Source: Chlorobiota bacterium (GTDB lineage Bacteria > Bacteroidota > Ignavibacteria > Kapaibacteriales > UBA2268). Taken from it: DNA of 12,972 nt. Where the stretch lies: NCBI GenBank assembly GCA_039810525.1, contig JBDHXE010000056.1, positions 1 to 12,972 of the forward strand. The letters are read 5' to 3'. Positions 1-7,989 of this stretch are shown here, piece after piece (positions within the stretch are counted from its first letter, which is position 1; each line of letters begins with the position of its first letter). Both the position numbers and the translations under genes were made by a program. The notes beneath the pieces were generated by a model. It was given only the letters and a program-made list of their open reading frames with translations, was not told where the DNA came from and made no database searches.

Positions 1-608
1 TCTTTATTGTCTGTTGATATATCACCCCAATTGCCCGATCTTATGATATATTTATTATCATTTGATATTTTTAAGTCGTAAGCACCCTTAATCATATCTA
101 TACGATTTATCAATTCACCTGAAATTGTATTGTAAACACTTATACCAGATGTATATACACTATTACCCCTTGTTGTTGCCAATAAACTTCCATCTTTATT
201 AAAGCATACATTTGTGCTTGGTTCAAATGTATTTATTAAGGATTTATTATCAACATCATAAACAAAAACACCACCATCAACAGGACTTGCTATTGCAATA
301 AAATTATTGATGCAATCTATATCCAAAATCTTATATCCTGTTTGCGGATATTCATAAACTAATTCACCCGTCTCTGCATCCCATAATCTTGGAACTCCGT
401 CATCACCACCAGAGGCAAGATACCTACCATCTGGTGTAAACTTCACTGCATTGATTGCATTGGGATAGGTAAATTTTGTCCATACGGTATCGGGTAGCTC
501 GTTTGTCTGTCCCCTACCCGTTTGCGTATTACAAATAAGCACTACTACAAGTGCGGCAAGAGTGAAGAGCACGCTGACTCTTCTGTTGTTTTGTTGGTTT
601 TTCAACAT
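1..608 (-). CDS. Partial secreted beta-propeller (WD40-like) protein. The N-terminal ~202 aa are in the window and the C-terminus runs off the left edge. It has a signal peptide that may be a lipoprotein signal.
   Basis: Hand translation of the reverse complement from the ATG at 606-608 to position 1 finds no stop. The N-terminus MLKNQQNNRRVSVLFTLAALVVVLICNTQ is positively charged then hydrophobic, with a Cys. Motifs such as LASGGDDGVPRLWDAETGE and GSLLATTRGNSVY resemble WD40 or beta-propeller blades. AGGAG lies 9 nt upstream of the ATG. Confidence 0.6.
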   Translation of the reverse strand, partial: MLKNQQNNRRVSVLFTLAALVVVLICNTQTGRGQTNELPDTVWTKFTYPNAINAVKFTPDGRYLASGGDDGVPRLWDAETGELVYEYPQTGYKILDIDCINNFIAIASPVDGGVFVYDVDNKSLINTFEPSTNVCFNKDGSLLATTRGNSVYTSGISVYNTISGELINRIDMIKGAYDLKISNDNKYIIRSGNWGDISTDNK

Positions 609-637
609 TATATATACTCCTAAATAAATTATAAATT

Positions 638-659
638 TCGGGGCTTTTTTTGCTCCCGA
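638..659 (-). other. Short hairpin (tcgggg...ctcccga) in the 5' leader of the beta-propeller gene, roughly 30 nt upstream of its AGGAG ribosome-binding site.
   Basis: Inverted repeat TCGGG(G)C / G(C)TCCCGA with a loop of seven T. On the minus strand it sits between the putative promoter region and the SD. Function unknown. Confidence 0.25.
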
Positions 660-984
660 CTAAATACCAATTTTTTGCTATTTAGTTGAAAGCAGAAAAC
701 TTTTTTCATTTTTGTACACTTCTTATATATAATGACAATTAAGTCCTGAAAACTTCTCACTCAAAATTGATATTTTACAATAATAGGTTGATATTTAATT
801 ATTGTTATCAATTTTGTTGATTGTTGATAAGGGTTTGCGGATATGATATTTAAGCTATATAATAATCCTGAGATGATATTCAAAAAGAGAAATGAAGTAA
901 AATTTAATAAGAAATTAGAATTTATTTATCAATAGAATTGCTATTTAGATTTTATCAATTCTCATATTTAAAAGTAGAGTAATC

Positions 985-2271
985 TTATATCGATACCCTT
1001 CTCCATAGTTCAGAGCTAAATTTTGGGTCAATATACCCAGAATACTTTTCTAAATTTGGATAAAATTTTGTGAAGTTTTTTGCACTCATACGGGCATCTT
1101 TGGCTGGATAGACTCTACCCCCGGCATCTGCTACTATTTTATCACATATTTCTAATAAATCAAGAAGATTCTTCCCTATCATTTTAAAGTCAATAGCTAA
1201 TGTAATACCTTCCATTGGAAAGGACATTAGTCCGGGCGATGGAATATTACCAAAAGTCTTTAATACTGTCAAAAATGATGAATATCCCGATTTTGCAATT
1301 AATTTAAATATTTGATTCAAATTGTATAGCGAATTTTGCAATGGTATCACGAATTGATATTGTAGGAATCCTCTTTTGCCATATACCCTATTCCAGTTTA
1401 TAATCCCATCTAATGGATAGAAGAATGATTCAAAATGAGTAAATTGTTTTATATTTCTATGAAATTGTTTATTAAAATATAGATAATTGAAGGTTTTAAC
1501 AGTAAAAGGGTTAATAAAATCAAATTCGATAGGAAAATTCATTGCTTTTTTATCATTTGGTATATATTTTATCTGATGTTTTAGATCTGCAAAATTTCCT
1601 CTTGAATATATACCATAACCTAATTTATTGGTACTTACCCAAGAAACAGTGTAATCATAATCAAGTGATTGCTCATTAATTTCAAAGAACTCTTCAAAAG
1701 AAAAGAATTTAATAAATTCGGCATCAATTATTGGTCCCAGTGATTTGATAAGTTGTATTTCAGCATTTAATATTATACCAGTAAGCCCCAAACCTCCTAT
1801 TGTTGCAATAAATAAATCATTATTTTGAGTATTAGAACAGTGATAAATAATACCATCGCTCCTAAGAAGATCGAAAGATTTGATGTATTTACCAAAAGTT
1901 CCGTATTTATGGTGATTTTTACCGTGTACATCATTAGCAATAGCCCCACCTAATGTAATTAACTTAGTACCAGGTGTAACGGGTAAGAAGTAGCCTCGTG
2001 GTAGGAATGTATCAATAATTTCTTTGAGTGTTACTCCTGATTGAGCTTTTAATATACCACTATTATCATCGAATGCAATAAATTTATTTAAATTTGAGCA
2101 ATCTACCAATATATTATTAGAATTTAGGCAAGAATCTCCATAACTTTTTCCCAATCCATAAGGTAATATCTTTTTATGAATACTTGTAAAATCGAAATTA
2201 TAGTTATTTAATATTCTGATTTCTTGGTTATTTGGTATAGGATATTTTCCAAATGAATTATATTTTTTCAT
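985..2271 (-). CDS. FAD-dependent oxidoreductase of the DprE1 family (decaprenylphosphoryl-beta-D-ribose 2'-oxidase-like).
   Basis: 428 aa. Motifs [51 protein letters not shown] and [13 protein letters not shown] line up closely with mycobacterial DprE1 motifs [48 protein letters not shown] and GGRLYTAKDSR, recalled from memory. The start ATG overlaps the stop of the upstream gene (ATGA). Confidence 0.8.
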   Translation of the reverse strand: [428 protein letters not shown]

Positions 2272-3680
2272 ATTATACCTATTAGCATTATTATACCTAT
2301 CAATAATATGCTTAAATAACTATATTTATCCTTAATACTGAATACTATTGGGTCTTCATTCATCATAGATCTATCTGCCAAAACCCAAACTCTCATATTC
2401 CAATGTAAGAGAATTGGAATAATTAAATATAATATTTTAGGGTTAGAGTATAATTGAGAAATTGTATTGCTATTGATATATAGCACCATTACCAAAACAG
2501 ATATCATACTTGAGCATATACCCATTATTTGAACTATATTCATATCATCAGCTATATATGCTCTCCCAGAAAGTTTTTCATTTTTAGAATTTTTAAGTTC
2601 TGTAAATCTTTTCAGAGCGCCCATAGAAAAGAAAAAGAATAAGGCAAATGCCGCCAACCATTCAGAAATAATAAACCCGCTCGTAGCCGATCCAGCAATT
2701 ATTCTCATCGTATATAATAATGCAAGTGTAATTATATCAACTATATAAATTCTTTTAAGATATATTGAATATAAATATGTAGTAATAAGATATATAAGTA
2801 ATACAATTATAAAGGAAATATTGATGAAGACGCCAATCATAATGCCAATTGTCATCAATAGAATAGTATAAACAAAGGCATCGCTTATTCTGAAATTACC
2901 AGCAGCTAAGGGTCTATTCTTTTTAATTTTATGTTTTCTGTCGCTATTCAAATCCATTAAATCATTGAATATATATATAGATGAAGCCACAAAACTAAAA
3001 GATAAGAATGAAAGTAATAATTGAAAATAAATATTAAATTCAAGGCTATGAGCCAAAAGAGCAGGGAGGAATATTAGCAGATTTTTGACCCATTGGTATA
3101 TTCTAAGCTGTTTGAAAATAATTTTATACTTAGGAGTGTTTGTTCTGCCCCACGTCTCAGCTATATTAGTAATTTCTTTAGCTTTATTTATTAATATTGT
3201 GTTGTCGCTTACGATTAAAGCATTTTGTGCAAAGCTCCAAACTACCAAATCTTTATGACTATCTCCTATATAGTCGTAATTTTTGTCGCCAAATCTACCT
3301 TTTAAATATTCTGCTTTATATTTTGCTGAAAGATTGATTCCATCTTTTGAACCTATTGCTTCATCCAAAAAATTGAATTTTTCTTTATATTTGTCCGCAT
3401 AGTATTGCAAAGAAGCGGTTACTAATAGTATTGTTCTTCCTGACTTTTTTTCATTTATTAGAAAGTTTACAATTTCATCATTTAGAGGCATTGTATCAAT
3501 ATCTATTTGCACTCTATTAAACAATTGTTCTTTGAGGTATAATTTCCCTTTTATGAACCAAATTGGTATCATTAGTAAATAAATTGGATTTGATTTTATC
3601 AAAATGGCCATCGACTCGAACATCATATCCGATTTAATTAAAGTTCCGTCTAAATCTACGCATAGTGGTATATTGGTCAT
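2268..3680 (-). CDS. Bifunctional fusion. The N-terminal domain is a HAD-superfamily phosphatase. The C-terminal domain is a UbiA-family polyprenyl-phosphate phosphoribosyltransferase (decaprenyl-phosphate 5-phosphoribosyltransferase, Rv3806c-like).
   Basis: 470 aa. N-terminal HAD motifs are DLDGTL (motif I), LLVTAS (motif II) and K...GDSHKD (motifs III/IV). The C-terminal ~290 aa are multi-TM and carry the Asp-rich UbiA motif NDLMDLNSDRKH (compare Rv3806c NDVADVEADRAH). It is coupled by TAATG with glf upstream and ATGA with the DprE1-like gene downstream. Confidence 0.8.
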   Translation of the reverse strand: MTNIPLCVDLDGTLIKSDMMFESMAILIKSNPIYLLMIPIWFIKGKLYLKEQLFNRVQIDIDTMPLNDEIVNFLINEKKSGRTILLVTASLQYYADKYKEKFNFLDEAIGSKDGINLSAKYKAEYLKGRFGDKNYDYIGDSHKDLVVWSFAQNALIVSDNTILINKAKEITNIAETWGRTNTPKYKIIFKQLRIYQWVKNLLIFLPALLAHSLEFNIYFQLLLSFLSFSFVASSIYIFNDLMDLNSDRKHKIKKNRPLAAGNFRISDAFVYTILLMTIGIMIGVFINISFIIVLLIYLITTYLYSIYLKRIYIVDIITLALLYTMRIIAGSATSGFIISEWLAAFALFFFFSMGALKRFTELKNSKNEKLSGRAYIADDMNIVQIMGICSSMISVLVMVLYINSNTISQLYSNPKILYLIIPILLHWNMRVWVLADRSMMNEDPIVFSIKDKYSYLSILLIGIIMLIGII

Positions 3681-4807
3681 TATCTTATTTTAGCTATTCG
3701 TTTTTCAAATACTTGTAGAGCTATACCTACTATTTGATCCATATTATAATATTTATATTCTGCTAAACGCCCACAGAATATTACAGAATCACCTAATTGT
3801 TCAGCTTCTTGTTTGTATTTATTATACAATTCATTATTTTCTGCTTTTGGTATAGGATAGTAAGGTTCATTAATATTTTTAATGAATTTCTGAGGATATT
3901 CAAATGCTATTGAAGTCTTTCGGTGTTGCTGTTGGCTCAAATATTTAAATTCTGTAATTCTTGTATAGTCATAATTGTTAGGATAATTTAATTGCCCTAC
4001 CTCTTGATAATATTCTGTATCGATTGTTTCGAAAGCAAAACTTAAACTTCTATAAGGTAGCTCTCCATAGATATAATTAAAATATTCATCTATTGGACCT
4101 GTGAATATTAATTTATCAAAGTTTACCCCATCTTTAACATCATTATATTCTGCATTAAGCAATAAATGAATATTCTTATGATTTAAAATATTATTAAACA
4201 TAGCTGTGTAGCCATTTGTAGGTAGTCCTTGATATGTATCTTGAAAATAGCGGTCATCTTTACTAATATATACTGGTACTCTTGAAGATACAGAACTATC
4301 TAATTCTTCTGGTTTTACTCCCCACTGTTTAATATTATATCCATTGAATACATTCTTATAAATATAATTAGCAAGGAAATTGAGATCATCGTCTTTAACT
4401 TCTAACATTTTTAGAATCGGAATTTTTAATCCAAAGCCATAATTTTCAATCAATTTTTTTTCTAACTTATTTGCATATTTTGTAGAGAACAATTGCGGTA
4501 TACTATTAAGATTGAAAGGTATAGGTACATTTTTCCCTTCTATTACGGCTTTAACTTTATGGATATATGTATTCCAATTTGTAAATTGCGATAGATAATC
4601 CCATACTTTTTTTGAATAAGTATGTAGAATATGAGGTCCAAATTTATGGACTAATATGCCATCATCATTATAATAATCATACGCATTGCCAGCTATATGA
4701 TTCCTTCTATCCACTATGAGACATTTTTTGTCCAATTGTGTAGCTATTCTTTCTGCTAAAACAGCACCAGCATAACCTGCGCCAATTATTAAATAATCAT
4801 ATTTCAT
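3680..4807 (-). CDS. glf: UDP-galactopyranose mutase (UDP-Galp to UDP-Galf).
   Basis: 375 aa. The N-terminus MKYDYLIIGAGYAGAVLAERIA...RNHIAGNAY is a Rossmann FAD-binding fold. Matching regions include ...HKFGPHILHT, YFQDTYQGLPTNGYT, TGPIDEYFNYIYGELPYRSL and the C-terminal FCGRLAEYKYYNMDQ. The E. coli and Klebsiella Glf equivalents are GGRLAEYKYYDMHQ and YRSLKFE. Confidence 0.93.
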   Translation of the reverse strand: MKYDYLIIGAGYAGAVLAERIATQLDKKCLIVDRRNHIAGNAYDYYNDDGILVHKFGPHILHTYSKKVWDYLSQFTNWNTYIHKVKAVIEGKNVPIPFNLNSIPQLFSTKYANKLEKKLIENYGFGLKIPILKMLEVKDDDLNFLANYIYKNVFNGYNIKQWGVKPEELDSSVSSRVPVYISKDDRYFQDTYQGLPTNGYTAMFNNILNHKNIHLLLNAEYNDVKDGVNFDKLIFTGPIDEYFNYIYGELPYRSLSFAFETIDTEYYQEVGQLNYPNNYDYTRITEFKYLSQQQHRKTSIAFEYPQKFIKNINEPYYPIPKAENNELYNKYKQEAEQLGDSVIFCGRLAEYKYYNMDQIVGIALQVFEKRIAKIR

Positions 4808-6216
4808 TTTCTTATTATTGTTTTAATTTCATTTATATCTATAATTTTAAAAGCAAGTGATATACCAAAATATATTATAGAACTAAAAATAATACTAAAT
4901 ATTGGGTTGATAGTATCTTTAAGGAAATAAAATGGTATAAATGATATTATAGTAATTGGTATAAATTTTAGTATTTCCAATAAATAGATTCTACTATGAG
5001 TATTTCTAAAAATATACATCATACTAATAAGTACACCAAACTCGCATAATATAGTGGCAAATGCAGAACCATACATTCCATATTTTGGTATCAAAATTAT
5101 ATTAAGTATAGCATTAATAATTAATCCTATAATATTAGCTTTTACTACTTTTTTCTCTTCTTTCCAAGAAATTAATGGAGTAAAATATATTGAAATCATA
5201 TATTGAATTAAAACAGTAAAAGCTAAATATTGTAATATTATATTAGAATTAGTATATTTATCTCCTAATAAATCGACAGCTAAATCTGCTAAGAAAAATA
5301 AATATCCAAAGGCTAAATATCCTACAAGTAATTGAAGTTTAGCAAATTTTGAAATTAATCTATCTCTATCTTCAAACGTTTTGCGTTGTGATATTTGAGG
5401 GAAAAATGCACCTTGTAATATTATTGATGGTAAAATTGCGAAGTAAATTACTTGATGTGCGGCACCATAGATACCTGTTTCAAAATCACCTCTCATTAAT
5501 CCTAATAATGTAATATCAATATTATTATATAGTGTGGATATTAGGAATATTAAGCCAATTGAGAAAGCTTCTTTAGAAATATTAATCCATAGTTTGAAAT
5601 CAAAATTAAATGAGAATTTATTATATCTACGGAAGTAATATATGTACATTACAATTGAATTAATTAGCATAGACAAGCTAATGATAATGACAGCTGTTGT
5701 CAAATCTTCACTACTTTTCACCAATAAGATAATACCAATAAAATTAAGTAGGTATATTCCAATCGTTCTAAAAGCTATTACTTCCATTTTCTCAATTGCT
5801 TGAAAAAACCAATTTAACATAATAGCATTGCTAAATAATGTAATACTATATATATATATAATGTGTTGATTATATGCTAATTCTGGTTTGTTTATAATCA
5901 GTATTTGCACTACAATGAATAGCAAAATAAAGGATATTAATGATATCGTGATTCTTATACTTGTTATCAAATCTACGTATTTTTTAATAAGTGATTTGTC
6001 TTTAGCAATTTCTCTGATACCTACTTGGTCGTAGCCCAATGCCACTAATATTAGGAAATATTGTACTAATGATTTAGCAAAATTCAGAATACCATTGCTT
6101 TCTGGACCAATTGTTCTTATAAGATAAATAGTATACACAAAAGCAAGTCCTTTGCTTGCAATTTCAGCTAAGGATAGAGAGAATATATTCTTAATTATAT
6201 TTTTGGCCACACTCAT
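4804..6216 (-). CDS. Wzx-like polysaccharide or oligosaccharide flippase of the MOP superfamily ('polysaccharide biosynthesis protein').
   Basis: 470 aa. Highly hydrophobic with about 12-14 predicted TM segments rich in I/L/F. The N-terminus ...LSLAEIASKGLAFVYTIYLIRTIGPESNGILNFAKSL is typical of Wzx and RfbX proteins. The start lies 4 nt after the GH57 stop, and the stop overlaps the glf start. Confidence 0.75.
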   Translation of the reverse strand: MSVAKNIIKNIFSLSLAEIASKGLAFVYTIYLIRTIGPESNGILNFAKSLVQYFLILVALGYDQVGIREIAKDKSLIKKYVDLITSIRITISLISFILLFIVVQILIINKPELAYNQHIIYIYSITLFSNAIMLNWFFQAIEKMEVIAFRTIGIYLLNFIGIILLVKSSEDLTTAVIIISLSMLINSIVMYIYYFRRYNKFSFNFDFKLWINISKEAFSIGLIFLISTLYNNIDITLLGLMRGDFETGIYGAAHQVIYFAILPSIILQGAFFPQISQRKTFEDRDRLISKFAKLQLLVGYLAFGYLFFLADLAVDLLGDKYTNSNIILQYLAFTVLIQYMISIYFTPLISWKEEKKVVKANIIGLIINAILNIILIPKYGMYGSAFATILCEFGVLISMMYIFRNTHSRIYLLEILKFIPITIISFIPFYFLKDTINPIFSIIFSSIIYFGISLAFKIIDINEIKTIIRK

Positions 6217-6220
6217 TTGA

Positions 6221-7948
6221 TTAAGAATATACTTCTCGCCAATCTTTTAAATTTAATTCTGGGAAAATTGAATTTCTCTTTTCAGTATCTTCTAAATACT
6301 TTAGTTCAGACTTATTAAAAGTATTATTATTAATATAATTTTCAAAAAAATCACATAATTTATTAAAATCAGAATGATGATAAGAAAATCGCATTTCTGA
6401 GTAGTCTTTTGCTGACTGTGTATATATTAGAAATTGCCAATCTGATGACTGTAATAGCATCAATTCTCTCAATGCTTGTTTCAATATTCTAATAGCCGTA
6501 TTATCTAAATTATCATTAAAGTATTTAGTGTATAAGTTATTAAATCTAAGTTCATCATTATAGATACACTCCCAAGTCCATTTATTCTCTTCGTTGCTCC
6601 ATACAGTATGATTATTATCAACTCCCCAAGAACCTTCTGGTATAGATATTACTTCTTTGGGTTGAATCTGTATATACTGTTCTGATGCTGTTACCATATT
6701 CAAATATGGTGAATGATATAATCCTCTGATTACAGCTCTTAGGAACTCTGGTCCTTCAAACCACCAATGCCCAAACAATTCTGTATCGAATGGGGTAACA
6801 ACAGTACTAAATTTGCCTGTATGATTATTATAATAATTCGAGGTATTTTCTAAATTATGAATAAAATGATTAGCTTGTTTGTCAATTTTGTCGTAAGTCC
6901 AATCGGGATGATACAAAGTTTTGTACATCATATCTGCTTTGCTATCTGTAACTCTCCAATAACGGTGCATAGAAGGAAAATGCTTTTTATGAAAATCTAA
7001 ATAATCTGGCTCGGCAGGATAACCAATTTGTCCACTCCATACCTGCATAGAAAGATCGTGATGACGTGTAAATATAGCCGCAGTACCATATTCTACTTTT
7101 TCAGAAGATGCTACTTCGTACATACAAAGTGGGTTCTTATCAAAATTCCAATTTTCAAATTGGAAATTAGGTGAATTGATGGATATAAAATTTTCCTTAA
7201 TATTATCATTAAATTTACCGAGTGGAATCGAGCGTTTTAATAAATCTTCATCAGTTACAAAATATTGTATGCCGTTAGCAGCAAGAATCTGTTCTACTCC
7301 ACTTCTTAATCTCTTACTATGAAATGGTTCTATTGGTATATAGGTTTGCCATTCATAAGATGGACGATAAGCACATTCAGGCAACCAAATACCTTTTGGA
7401 TATCTATTAAAGTATTTTTTATAATTTTTGACTGCTGTGCTAACTTGCAGATTAATGCTTTGGTCGTATCCTAACAAAGGGAAGTATCCATGAGTAGCTC
7501 CACAAGTCATTACTTCAATAGCACCTTTGTCTTGAAGAGTCTTCAATCCATTGATAATAGATGAATTATACTTTTTTAAAAAATCTTCTTTTTTATTAGT
7601 GTACCATTCTTCCCAGAATTGAGTTAGCCAAATATGATGCGGTTCATAACCCCAATTAGTAAAGTTTCTCCTATCTTCTTGAGCACCTTTAATTTTCTCA
7701 TCACAATACTCTACAAATATTTTTTTAAAATCTTTATGCTCTAATTGTTCGCATAGAATCGGAGATATATCCAATGTAGCTTTGGGTAAAATACCTTCGC
7801 TCAGACAATCGTTAAATATATTAAGTAGCGGAATATAGCACTCAGCAACTGCTTCGCTTAACCAATCTACACCATGAGGCCATTTACCATGGTGAAGCAC
7901 CCAAGGTAGATGTGTATGCAAAATTAAGACATAATTACCGGAATGCAT
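6221..7948 (-). CDS. Glycoside hydrolase family 57 protein, 1,4-alpha-glucan branching enzyme-like (GH57 catalytic domain plus C-terminal DUF1957-type region).
   Basis: The N-terminal motifs YVLILHTHLPWVLHHGKWPHG, IWLPECAYRP (candidate catalytic Glu) and TPFDTELFGHWWFEGPEFL are signatures of GH57 branching enzymes. The ORF track begins at the TTG at 7960. An ATG at 7946-7948, preceded by GGGAG with a 6-nt spacer, is the more likely start (protein MHSGNYVLILHTHLP...). Confidence 0.82.
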   Translation of the reverse strand: MHSGNYVLILHTHLPWVLHHGKWPHGVDWLSEAVAECYIPLLNIFNDCLSEGILPKATLDISPILCEQLEHKDFKKIFVEYCDEKIKGAQEDRRNFTNWGYEPHHIWLTQFWEEWYTNKKEDFLKKYNSSIINGLKTLQDKGAIEVMTCGATHGYFPLLGYDQSINLQVSTAVKNYKKYFNRYPKGIWLPECAYRPSYEWQTYIPIEPFHSKRLRSGVEQILAANGIQYFVTDEDLLKRSIPLGKFNDNIKENFISINSPNFQFENWNFDKNPLCMYEVASSEKVEYGTAAIFTRHHDLSMQVWSGQIGYPAEPDYLDFHKKHFPSMHRYWRVTDSKADMMYKTLYHPDWTYDKIDKQANHFIHNLENTSNYYNNHTGKFSTVVTPFDTELFGHWWFEGPEFLRAVIRGLYHSPYLNMVTASEQYIQIQPKEVISIPEGSWGVDNNHTVWSNEENKWTWECIYNDELRFNNLYTKYFNDNLDNTAIRILKQALRELMLLQSSDWQFLIYTQSAKDYSEMRFSYHHSDFNKLCDFFENYINNNTFNKSELKYLEDTEKRNSIFPELNLKDWREVYS

Positions 7949-7962
7949 AATTACTCCCAAAA

Positions 7963-7989
7963 ATTATAAACAATGAATAAAAAACGCAA
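7963..7989 (-). promoter_or_regulatory. Candidate sigma70-type promoter for the GH57-wzx-glf-HAD/UbiA-dprE1-like operon.
   Basis: On the minus strand, TTGCGT, a 15-nt spacer, then TATAAT, ending about 14 nt before the ATG at 7948. It sits in the 224-bp intergenic region downstream of the flotillin terminator. The spacer is short, so this is tentative. Confidence 0.3.

Noticed and set aside
480-600. A local GC-rich patch (about 50% GC) at the 5' end of the beta-propeller gene, against a roughly 28% GC background.
   Set aside because: It is explained by the signal-peptide and Gly/Arg/Thr-rich N-terminus (Ala, Leu and Val codons). It is too short and too well explained by coding constraint to call a horizontally transferred segment.
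843-935. 30-codon plus-strand ORF (MIFKLYNNPEMIFKKRNEVKFNKKLEFIYQ) in the 609-984 spacer.
   Set aside because: It has no convincing RBS, the sequence is AT-rich and low-complexity, and chance ORFs of this length are common in 28% GC DNA. It is mentioned only as something to check against RNA-seq or Ribo-seq.
985-7960. Whether the operon is a mobile or recently acquired island, given the recombinase in the window.
   Set aside because: The recombinase is about 4.5 kb from the operon, with housekeeping-type genes in between. No direct repeats, transposases or tRNA genes flank the operon, and its GC and codon usage match the surrounding genes.
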